Under the pieces are notes generated by a model. That model saw only the letters and a list, made by a program, of their open reading frames with translations, ran no database searches and was not told the origin of the DNA. This document shows, one piece after another, positions 8,872 through 19,200 of a DNA stretch of 64,000 nt. The position numbers were made by a program, and so were the translations under genes. Numbering within the stretch: position 1 is the first letter of the stretch; every line of letters begins with the position of its first letter. This DNA is from Candidatus Poribacteria bacterium. GTDB lineage: Bacteria > Poribacteria > WGA-4E > PCPOR2b. The stretch lies in NCBI GenBank assembly GCA_965116925.1, contig OZ220744.1, positions 2,528,001 through 2,592,000 of the forward strand. The letters run 5' to 3'.

Positions 8872-9939
8872 TCATCCTTGACGTTGATCCAAAAGCATCC
8901 GATAAATATCTTCAAACAGGCGCACATCGGTCAAGGTGTCCTCACCTGACGATCTGAACGGTGTATCGTTCCGAACGTTTTCGATGAAATGCTCCGCTTC
9001 CCGTCGATACGCCCATGTCCAGTTCGGCTTCGGGATTGGGCGTGCAATCTCCTGCATCTCCCCGGCTCGGTAGATCTCCACCTCGGCGGGGGTGTTTTTC
9101 AGCAGAAGCGGCGGTGCCCACGTATGCACCCAACCATCTTCAAAGTAGATCTGCGTATGCTCGTCCCACCGATAGTGCGAAACTCTGCCCGTTTCGAGGG
9201 TCACGCGCACACCTGCCATGTCGAAGATGACAACCCCGCTGTAACCGTTATCGTCAAGGTCAACGACTTTTACCTGCGCTTGATCGCCGGCATCCAAGAA
9301 CCAACGCAGCAGGTTGATGTTGTGAGTGTATTGCTGCAGGTAGCTCAAGTAGGGACGCACCCATTCCGCCGGCAGCCATTCAGGCGTTTGTGCGGGGGCT
9401 TCCGGTTTCGGCACATCGCTCGTCACCATTGGTGTGTCGAGGTTGCAGATCCACTCCCCGCAGAAACCGTGATTCCGCACGTAGGTCATCCCTCCCAATT
9501 CGCCCGTTTCTCGAAACTGATCTACCTTAGACCTGACCAGTTCGTTGCCGGCGTCGTACCGTTTCATGTAGCCGACCATCAGTTTTTTACCGGCGGCTTT
9601 TCCCGCAGCGACGATTGACTCCGCCTGCTGGACGGAGACCGCCATCGGCTTCTCCATAAAGACCTGCTTCCCCCCACTCAAGAGGTCTTTCGCGATCTCT
9701 CCTTGCAAGGCAAAGTCGGCGGAGACGGCGACAGCTTCGATTTCGGGGTCGGCTGCCAGTTCGGTGTGGTCGGTGTAGAGGCGGGGGATTCCCCATCGCT
9801 GCTGCACCTGTTGACCGAGTTCCGGTCGTACTTCCGCCAACCCGATAAGTTCGCAATTGGGGAGGCTGGTGAAGTTCGGGATATGCACCTTCTGCGCCAT
9901 AAAGCCGCAACCTACATACCCCAGTTTGATAGGTTCCAT
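8872..9939 (-). CDS. Gfo/Idh/MocA-family oxidoreductase
   Basis: VGCGFMA, EKPMA, VGYMKRYD motifs. Confidence 0.9.
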   Translation of the reverse strand: MEPIKLGYVGCGFMAQKVHIPNFTSLPNCELIGLAEVRPELGQQVQQRWGIPRLYTDHTELAADPEIEAVAVSADFALQGEIAKDLLSGGKQVFMEKPMAVSVQQAESIVAAGKAAGKKLMVGYMKRYDAGNELVRSKVDQFRETGELGGMTYVRNHGFCGEWICNLDTPMVTSDVPKPEAPAQTPEWLPAEWVRPYLSYLQQYTHNINLLRWFLDAGDQAQVKVVDLDDNGYSGVVIFDMAGVRVTLETGRVSHYRWDEHTQIYFEDGWVHTWAPPLLLKNTPAEVEIYRAGEMQEIARPIPKPNWTWAYRREAEHFIENVRNDTPFRSSGEDTLTDVRLFEDIYRMLLDQRQG

Positions 9940-10040
9940 TGTATCTGTTTTCCCCCAGAGTAAGATATCCGCAAATCCTCACGAGTAGTTTAATACGGAT
10001 TCGCGTGGATTTGTGGATAAATATTGGCTGTTTCAAGAGC

Positions 10041-11513
10041 TTACGGCATACGGCGTATGCCTACTACTTTTGAAACGAGTCCGATTGTCAGGAAATTTGC
10101 GGCTAACCCCCAGACACCGGCGTGGATGCCCATCGGTTTCGTTGCGATCCCCATGCCAGCAAGATTGGCAAGCATGATTCCCAACGCGACGCAGGTGCCG
10201 ACAAGCAGACCCAATAGAACGGCATCGGTACGAAGCTTTTTCAGGTGGACACCGAGGAAGATAGCGGGGGCGACTTGGCATAGCAGCTCAAGTTTAATCT
10301 CCGTTAATCGCCAGAGCGTTTGTGGCAGTTGAATAGCTAGAAAGACCAACACCGCCATAAGCCCCCATGAGAAAATCTTCCCTGTTACGGTCAGGTGATG
10401 CTGAGACACGTCGGGACGCATACGCTTATACAGGTCCTGCGTAAAAACGGAGGAGACTGCAAGTAGCGCGGAATCAACGGTGGACATAATCGCAGCCACG
10501 GCGGCAGAGAGAAAAAGAACTAGTAAAATTCGGATGCCGGGGAGCCGTTCCGCCATGTCGTTTAGCAAGAATAGGGCGACTTGCTCGCTGCCTAGCCGAT
10601 CGAGTCCTGGAAACTGCGCTGCTCCGACCAAACCGACGACGAACATGAAGAAGGTGGTAAAAATTGGCATGAAGACCATGATCTGGAAGGAACGCCGCAG
10701 CGTCTGTTCGTCCTTCGCTGCATAGATCCGTTGGGTGGCGTGTGGGTAGATCGACGGTCCAAAAAAGACGATTGTCAATGTGCTCAGCCACGTGAGTTTT
10801 TGTTGCACCGATGGCGGCTGCCAGAAGGCGGGTTGCGCCACCATCAGTTTCTCCGCTGTGGCAGGTAGTCCGCCGTATTGGTAGCTGATCACACCAAAGA
10901 TGAAGATACACCCCGCCAACAGTAGAACGCCTTGGATAGCGTCTGTCCATGCGACGCTTCGTAAACCGCCGAGCGTCTCGTAGATTAGCATAATTATCGA
11001 CAAAAAAATCACGCCTTGGACAAATGTCACGTACCCGCCTGTCGATGCCTCAACGATGTAACCGATCGCTTTCAGGTTGCTTAGGATATAATTGCCGAGT
11101 GCGATAATAAAAAGGATCGTTGAAAGTATCGTTAGTGCCGTGGATCCAAACCGCTGCTGGATATAGTCGCCAATTGTGATATAGCCGTGCCGCCTAGAGA
11201 GCCGATGGAACTTGGGGGCGTATACCAGATACGCACCGAGGATCGACATCGAAAAGGTGACGCTGACTAGAAAAAAATATCCGGTTCGATATACGTTGCC
11301 GACAAATCCGATTAGCGTAAGACCGCTGTATTGCGTTGCATAGAGGGTGAGGAATAGGACAAATAGGCCGAGTCTCCGGTTGCCGAGGTAAAAGTCAGCC
11401 ATCGAATTCTCTCGCCGTGCGAATCGTCCGGCAAGCCCGACCAGGATGAGGGAGGTTAAATAGATCCCCATAAAGATGACGCCGCCGGGACCGAGTAGCG
11501 CGGTTGTATTCAT
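10041..11513 (-). CDS. Sodium:solute symporter (PanF-like)
   Basis: DFYLGNR, GGLRSVAWTDAIQG, AAIMSTVDS; many TM segments. Confidence 0.9.
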   Translation of the reverse strand: MNTTALLGPGGVIFMGIYLTSLILVGLAGRFARRENSMADFYLGNRRLGLFVLFLTLYATQYSGLTLIGFVGNVYRTGYFFLVSVTFSMSILGAYLVYAPKFHRLSRRHGYITIGDYIQQRFGSTALTILSTILFIIALGNYILSNLKAIGYIVEASTGGYVTFVQGVIFLSIIMLIYETLGGLRSVAWTDAIQGVLLLAGCIFIFGVISYQYGGLPATAEKLMVAQPAFWQPPSVQQKLTWLSTLTIVFFGPSIYPHATQRIYAAKDEQTLRRSFQIMVFMPIFTTFFMFVVGLVGAAQFPGLDRLGSEQVALFLLNDMAERLPGIRILLVLFLSAAVAAIMSTVDSALLAVSSVFTQDLYKRMRPDVSQHHLTVTGKIFSWGLMAVLVFLAIQLPQTLWRLTEIKLELLCQVAPAIFLGVHLKKLRTDAVLLGLLVGTCVALGIMLANLAGMGIATKPMGIHAGVWGLAANFLTIGLVSKVVGIRRMP

Positions 11514-11562
11514 CAGATACGTTTCCAGACTTTTGTGCTGCCCAAATAGGGGTTAGGAATTT

Positions 11563-11778
11563 TCATGATTCCGAGTTATCGTCATCTTTTGCGGAGACGG
11601 ACCAATAGCGGCGGAGACAGATCGCAACGATAACAGCATATAGGACTGTCGTGCAAAAGCTATAGAATGCCCAAGGCGGGAACCCGAAAATCTGCACCGA
11701 ATGGGACTTTGTAAAGAGCCAAGGGACTGTCGCCACAAGGAAGAATGTCAATAGGCAGTATAGTTTTGTTCGTGTCAT
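11563..11778 (-). CDS. Small two-TM protein (YhdT/DUF997-like) upstream of the symporter
   Basis: PW...IFGFPPW motif; position matches known yhdT-panF pairs. Confidence 0.7.
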   Translation of the reverse strand: MTRTKLYCLLTFFLVATVPWLFTKSHSVQIFGFPPWAFYSFCTTVLYAVIVAICLRRYWSVSAKDDDNSES

Positions 11779-12013
11779 TTGCTTTAGATAGGGACGCAGA
11801 TTTCGCTGATTGTCACTGATAAAGACGGAGACTCATATAAAAAGTAAAGTACAAAATGCGAAGCAAAATCGTAGGGGTTGGGTTTCCCAACCCATCGGGC
11901 GAGGGAACCTCGCCCCTACGATACCCGAATTATAGTGATGATATGCCTCGAATTATGACCGCTCTTCAAATGATTCGTGAAGATTTGTGTAGATTCGCGG
12001 AGGTTTTATTAGG

Positions 12014-14749
12014 CTATGTTCCGAGCTGCGGGGCGTCGATTGGCTCAACGCGGACGGGACACACCTTTAGTTCCGCTGTCTCTGTAATTGGATCGTAGCC
12101 AGAGCCAGTGAGGATATTCACAGGCACGTCGCTGAAGCTGAAACTGGCGAAGACCGTTCCACGCGGGGATCGGTTAGTGGATTTCACCTTGACCTTCACG
12201 CTGCCACGGACGCTCGACAACTCGCACCAGTCCCCATCTCTGAGCCCCCATCCCTCAACATCGGCGGGATTTACCTCAAGGGCTTCTTCGGAGAGCAGAT
12301 AGTCGATACCTTGTGCGCGACCGGTTTGTGTACGGGTGTGATATGACTGGAGCCTGCGCCCAGTCGTTAGCCAGACGGGGAAATCGTCGCTGATGGTCTC
12401 CGCTGGATCGCGGTAACGCACGATTGAGAAGATACCACGCCCGTTCACAAACTCACCTTCGTGCAGTCGGGGGGTGCCGGGGTGATCTTTGTCCGGCACG
12501 GGCCACTGGTACTCACTGTTTTCGATACGATCCCAATCGAGTCCTGCGTAAATCGGCGAGACGCTGCACAGTTCGTTGAAGACCGCTTTCGGTTCGTCGA
12601 AGTCGAATCCCTCCAAGCCGATCTGTTTGGCGAGTTGGCTGATGATCCACCAATCGGGCTGGGCTTGCCCCGGCGGCGGCACAGCTGCACGGAGACGCTG
12701 GACGCGACGCTCTGTGTTCGAGCAAACGCCGTCTGTTTCACCGAAGGCAGTTGCAGGCAGGACGACATCGGCAAGTTCCGCGGTATCGGTCAGGAAGATG
12801 TCGATGACGACGAGGTGGTCAAGACTCCTCAAGGCGTGTTCGCAATGGACACGGTCTGGATCGGAGAGTAACGTGTTTTCGCCATCAATCAGCATGGCAC
12901 GGATTTCGTTCCCACAGAGATCAAGCGCGGTGACTTTGGTAATCCCCTTATCAATGTCAACCTCTCTGCCGTAGAGCTCCTTGAACTTGGTTTGGTTGGC
13001 GGGATCTATGACGGGTTGGAAGCCGGGATAGTTGTTCGGGAGTGCGCCGCTATCTCCTGCGCCCTGAATGTTGTTCTGGCCGCGCATCGGGTTGATGCCG
13101 GTGCCTTCGCGCCCGATGTTGCCGGTCATGAGGGCGAGGTTGCAGAGGCTCTGGACATTATCGACGCCGCAGATATGCTCGGTGATGCCGAGTGTGTAGT
13201 AGATTGCGGATTTCGCCGATTCGCCGTACCATTTTGCGGCGGTTTCGATATCCTTTGCAGGCACCCCTGAAATTTCTTCTGCCCATGTCGGCGTAAATTC
13301 GACAAGGTGTTCGAGGAAGCTGTCGCTGTCCGTCGTCCGATTTTCGATGAAGTCTCGATCGATGAGTCCTTCACGGGCGATAACGTGCGCCATTCCGAGC
13401 AGGAGTGCGACATCCGATCCGACCCGAAGCGGTAGATAGAGATCCGACATCTCTGCGAGACCGATGCGCCGCGGATCAGCGACAATTAGCTTCGCTCCCC
13501 CTGCGATTGCTTTTTTGAGCCGTGTCGCTGCGACGGGGTGGCATTCTGTCATATTTGTGCCGATGCAGAAAATAACATCCGGTTTCTCCATATCGACCAG
13601 TGGGTTCGACATGGCACCGCGTCCGATTGTGGCTGCCAGACCGGCAACCGTCGGGGCATGTCAGGCACGGCTACAGTTGTCGATGTAGTTTGTGCCGAAG
13701 CCGACGCGGATGAATTTCTGCATGAGATACGCCGCTTCGCTCGGTGCACGACCGGAGGCGACACCGTAGATACTGTGTCTGCCATGTTTCTCGTTCACCT
13801 GTCGGAAACCATCGGCTGCGCGATTGAGTGCCTCATCCCAACTTGCTTCGTGGAGCTCGCCGTCTTCGCGGCGCACGAGCGGGGCAGTCAATCGGTCGGG
13901 GTGGTGCACGAAGTCGAAGGCGAATTGCCCCTTGACGCAGAGCGCGCCTTCGTTTGCGGGTCCGTCCATCGCTGGGTGGATGCCGACGATCCTATCCTCT
14001 TTGGTCAGGAGATCGATTGAGCAGCCGACGCCGCAGTAGGGGCAGATGGTTCGGGTTTTCTCTATTTCGCCCGGTTGATCAACAGCACGCATCGCCTTCT
14101 TGTCCGCAAGGGCACCGGTCGGGCAGGTCTGCACGCATTGACCGCAGAAGGTGCAGGCGGAATCTCTCAACTCGCCATTGAACTCGGTGGTGATCTGTGT
14201 GTGGAAGCCACGGTTCATGACGCTGATTGCGTAGTCCCCCTCCTGCTCGGCGCAGACGCGGACGCACCGGTAACAGGAGATGCAGAGATCGTAGTCGCGC
14301 AGGATAAATGGATTCTTGTCGTCTGTGTTGCTCGTCCCCGACTGTGCCCCGATGAATCGTCCTGCCCGCGCTTCGTAACGGTTCACGAGGGTTGTCAGTT
14401 CTTGGGATGCATAGCCGCGCAGCGAATCGACATCGAGTTCACGGTTTTCGGAGGTAACCATCTCTAACAGGGTCTTGCGATATTTCTCAATCTCGTCGGT
14501 TGCTGTCCGGACAACCATGCCGGGCGTTGCCTTCGTTGTGCAGGACGCTACGGGATTTCGAGAGCCTTCGAGTTCGACGACGCAGAGGCGGCATCCACCG
14601 AAGGCTTCGAGGCGTGGGTCGTAGCAGAGGGTCGGGATCTGCTTCCGATACCGTTCCGCAATTTCATAGATGGTTTCCCCCTCGGTGAAGGCGACCTCCT
14701 CTCCGTCGAGCGTTATTGTTGTGGGCTGTTCAGGGACGGGTGGGTTCAT
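12014..14749 (-). CDS. fdhF: Selenocysteine-containing Mo/W formate dehydrogenase alpha subunit with N-terminal Fe-S domains (911 aa with UGA read-through)
   Basis: ORFs 13661..14749 and 12014..13612 are in frame and join as DNCSRA-U-HAPTVAGL; RGQNNIQG motif; 2Fe-2S, 2x4Fe-4S and CPYCGVGC motifs. Confidence 0.92.
13631..13663 (-). promoter_or_regulatory. Bacterial SECIS element following the Sec UGA codon
   Basis: UGA CAUGCCCCGAC GGUUGCC-GGUCU-GGCAGCC: a 7-bp stem with GGUCU loop 11 nt after the UGA, like the E. coli fdhF SECIS. Confidence 0.88.
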
Positions 14750-14855
14750 TCTGTTTTTCCTTTCTTTCCATACAGCGCCGAGCTTGGGTTAAATCGGAGA
14801 AACCGAGTTTTTTCTTGAAAACTCGGTTTCTTTGTCCTTATGTTTATCTCTATTT

Positions 14856-15457
14856 TTACAACGGATTAATCCATGCCGATACGGCTTGGTCCCAGAACTG
14901 CGCCTGTCCATCTGTCATCAGGGCTACATTCTGATCGTGGGCAGCGGTTTCGGTGCCAGATGTCACCCGTTCTCCGGCAGCAACGGGCAAAACAAGCGGT
15001 GTCACCCGCCGAATCAGTTCCGCCCGTCGCCAAGCACGATCCACATCATTGCTATCTACCACCGACGAAATTTCTATTGCCAACCAGACTTCGGGACGGT
15101 CAGGAGACGTTCGCAATTGCCCGGTAGCTACCAAGTCTAAAAGAATAACGTCGCGAAATTCACCAGGGTTAAGGGTTGTCTCTAACGCTTCATCAATTAT
15201 AGACAGATCGACTACCTTCAACCGGCGTATAAGATGCCCGAAGTACCCATTAATCTTGTTGCGATAGGACAACTCTAGGCGGTAATCGTCTAGCCATGCA
15301 ATATCATTCTGTAGTTGGCTCTCGCTCAATGCTCTAAAGTCTCCGGTAAAATCAGCAATTCATCAGAGAGTAGCAGCTGCCGTAACTCCGATCGCCAGTC
15401 TGGACGCTCGGACAGCAGTTGAACCAAATTACGATAATCCTCTACAGTGAATGCCAT
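14856..15457 (-). pseudogene. Frameshifted hypothetical protein (MAFTVEDY...LLLSDELL N-terminus, PD-(D/E)xK-like C-terminus)
   Basis: ATG at 15457 gives MAFTVEDYRNLVQLLSERPDWRSELRQLLLSDELLILPET; one extra T near 15338 would join it to ORF 14856..15329 (DLVATG...LAIEIS..VD..DV.RA). Confidence 0.6.
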
Positions 15458-15499
15458 TTTTCAGGTTTCCTCTTGATGCTTATTATAACACGCGGCGGA

Positions 15500-15742
15500 C
15501 TATTTGAGAATCACCATTTTTCGTTTGGCGGAATAATCCCTAGCAGACAGGTGATAGAAGTAGACACCGCTTGCCGCTTGCTCACCGACTTGGTTTCTGC
15601 CATCTGGACTGCATGCCACACTCCAGACATTATCCGTATGCCCTTCAAGGGTCGCTATGAGTTGGGCAGTCGCTACCCGCGTAGGTAGGAATAGAAGGGA
15701 AACCAATAGTAACGTAAAAGCCCAAAGTGGTAATTTTTTCAT
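15500..15742 (-). pseudogene. Internally deleted secreted WD40 protein: signal peptide + half WD40 + end of the C-terminal sorting domain
   Basis: LEGHTDNVWSVACSPDG is fused directly to RNQVGEQAASGVYFYHL...RKMVILK. Confidence 0.7.
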
Positions 15743-16259
15743 ATTTTGTAGGGATTTATCTTCTTTGTGGTTGAAAATGTGAGAGGCCTTGGGGCATTCA
15801 ACTGCGTAAGTCCTAATAGATGGTCAGGGTGACGAAAGCCTAATTTGCCCACCGATACGAAATCCAGTGACAATCAAAATACTAGAAACTTCAATAGCAG
15901 TCAACACTTTTTTCGTTTTTTCCGGTTGATTTTGATAAAGTTTGAAGTGTTGTGAAATAGAAGTTTGGTTGGTAGGGGGAAATTTATGGCGAGATTGGTA
16001 TGATGGTTGAAGCTGTTATTTGTCCCACCGGCGGAACTGTGCTAGCTCACTAGTCCAGTGGTATCCACATTGCGCTCCTCTGGAGCGCGGAGATTGTGGG
16101 TATCGTGATTCTATAGACATTACGCTCCTCTGGAGCGAAAGGCATACAGATTGCCCCTTTAGGAATATAGGCGGGGAGACCAGATGCCCCGCCTACGGAG
16201 TGTGGTGATGTGTAATGGGACAGGATACCCCGCCTATGATGGGTATGGGACGCTCAACA

Positions 16260-19200
16260 CTATTTGAGGATTAGCATTTTGCGGGTGGCAGAATAATCGC
16301 CTGCGGAGAGGTGGTAGAAATACACACCGCTTGCGACCGTTTCACCGACGTGGTTTCTGCCATCCCAATAGATTGCCTTTGACCGACTTTCGTAGGCTGC
16401 TGCAGTCTGATAGCCCACGTTGAGGGTGCGGACAATCTGACCTGCTCCGTCATAGATGGTTAGGGTGACGAAAGCATCCTCCGCCAACCGATACGGTATC
16501 CATGTCTCCGGGTTAAAGGGATTCGGATAATTCGGCAACAACTTCGTCTCTGCTGGTGTTAGGGCTATCAAGAGTTGCTCAAGCACCATAATCCCTTGTT
16601 TGACGATAGGATCCTTAATTTCAAGAAACCTCGCCTCCGTCAGCCAACCCCGCACCTGTGCTGCTGTGAGTGCCCCCTGTGGCTGTGCTGAAGGTGCAGC
16701 TGCTGCATCTCCAAACGCGCCGATAATCACGACCAAATCGAAAACATTGACAACACCATCTCCGTTCGTATCTGCCGCCAGATTTTGCCCTTGCTTTCCA
16801 AACTGGGACGCAACCGAGACCAGATCGAAGATATTTACGACACCATCGCGGTTGACATCTGCTGGTCGCGTTACGGTGTCGTCAAACTCAACGATAACCT
16901 GCCTACTTTGGAGGGTGGGAATATGGGTGTTGATGGATAGTGCACTCAGTGGATTTCCTGTTAGATAAATCTCGTCTCCATTCCCCAGTTTTGTATTTTC
17001 GACGAGGGGTGAGATGTCGGATATCGAGTTGTTCTCAAGATTCAGGGCTGACAGTTGAGGTAATCCTGCTACGGGTGAGATGTCAGATACAGAGTTGTCC
17101 GCAAGATTCAGGTATCCCAGTCGAGTTAATTTCGCAAGGGGTGAGATATCGGATATCGAATTGTTCGTAAGATCTAGCTCTATCAGTCGAGTTAATCTCG
17201 CAAGGGGTGAGAGGTCCGTTACGTTAGTGTTTATAAGCACCAGGTATGTCAGATTAGTTGCATGTTCAAGTCCTGTTAAATTGGTGATATTCTCATTAGT
17301 GCCGTTAAGGTTTGTCAACCGTTCCATATCTGCTGGGGTGATGGTGGTACCAGGTGCCTTGCGGAGAGCCTTCTCGATGACATTTCGGAGGTTGGTGTCG
17401 GGTATGTTCACCGTTTTCGGTGGCACTACGATTTGGTCAAACTCAATGACAATCCCTCTGCTCTGGAGGGCGGGAATGTGGGTGTTGATGGACACGTTGT
17501 TGAGAAGATTTCCCCTCAAGTCAATCCAGTCACTACTTCCCAGTCCCGTATTTCTGAGGAGGGGCGAGATGTCGGATATAGCGTTGTTCAAAAGCCTCAA
17601 TTCTGAAAGGTTGGTTAATCCTGTGAGGGCAGAGATGTCGGATATGGAGTTATCGTCAAGCCATAGCTGTCTCAGTTTGGTTAATCTCGCCAGCGGCGAG
17701 ATGTCTGTTATGTTATTGCCTACTAGCCGTAGTTCTGTTAGGTTAGCTGCATATTCAAGCCCTGTTAAATTGCGGATGTTCTCACTCGTGGCGTAAAATG
17801 CAGCCAAAGTCTGCATATCGGCTACAGTGATGGTAGCCCCTCGTGCCTTGCCGAGAACCTGCTCGATGGCATTTCGGAGGTTGGGGTCGGGTATGTTCAC
17901 GGTTTTGGGTGTCACAACGATTTGGTCAGAATTAACGTTAACGCCTCTGCTTTGGAGGGTAGGAATGTGGGTGTTGAAGGATAGGTCGCTGAGTGGATTT
18001 CCCCTTACATTAAGCGTGTCTCCACTCCCCAGTCCTGTATTTGCGACGAGGGGCCAGAGGTCGGATATAGCGTTGTTCTGAAGATATAGTTCTGTCAGTT
18101 GAGTTAATCTCTCCAGCAGTGAGATATTCGATATTGAGTTGTTGTGAAGCCCAAGTTTTGTCAGCTGAGTTAATCTCTCCAGAGGTGAAATGTCCGTTAT
18201 GTTATTGTGTCCAAGTTCTAGTGTTGTTAAATTGGTGAATCCCGCTAGGAGTGAAATGTTGGATATAGTATTTTTCTCAAGATATAGTTGTCTCAGCTGA
18301 GTTAATCTCGCAAGGGAGAAGATGCTGGATATACGGTTTGACCCAAGATGTAGAAATGTCAGTTGAGTTAATCCCGCTAGAGGTGAGAGGTCGGCTATCG
18401 CGTTGCTCCGAAGCACCAGTTTTGTCAGGTTGGTTGCATGTTCAAGCCCTGTTAAATTGGTGATGGTTTTGCGGGTGACCTCAAGTTCGGTCAACCGTGC
18501 CATGTCCTCTAGCGTGATGACAGCGTCTCGCGCTTTGCCCAGAGCCTTCCTGATAGCATGTCGGATGTTTGGGTCGGGTATGTTCACGGATTGCGGTGGT
18601 GGCGGCGGCGGCGGTGGCACGACGACGACTTGGTCAAACTCCACGGTAACGCCTCTGCTTCGGAGGGTGGCGAGGTGGGTGGTGAAAGATACAGTGCTGA
18701 GGGGATTTCCATTTACATTAACCGTGTCACCACCTCTCAAGCCCGTATTTGCGACGAGGGGCCAGAGGTCGGATATAGCGTTTTCCTGAAGATATAGTTC
18801 GTTCAATTGAGTTAATCGCTCTATGGCTGAGATGTTCGATATGGAGTTATTCCGAAGTCCTAGTATTGTCAGATTCGTTAATCCCGCTAGCGGTGAAATA
18901 TTGGTTATGTTATTATTTCCAAGCCCGAGTTCTGTTAGATTCGTTAATCCCGATAAGGGCGAGATGTACGATATGTTGTTGTTTCCAAGCCCTAGCCCTG
19001 TTAGATTCGTTAATCTTGCTAGAGGTGAGATGTCGGATATGAAGTTATCCCGAAGAATTAGGAATGTCAGATTAGTCAACCCCGCCAGGGGTGAGATGTC
19101 AGATATAGAGTTGTATCGAAGATACAGTTTTGTTAGGTTGGTTGCATGTTCAAGCCCTGTTAAATTGCGGATGTTCTTACTAGTGGCGTCAAGCTCGATC

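Noticed and set aside
12014..14749. Formate dehydrogenase as two genes or a nonsense pseudogene
   Set aside because: The in-frame UGA is at the Sec position and is followed by a SECIS.
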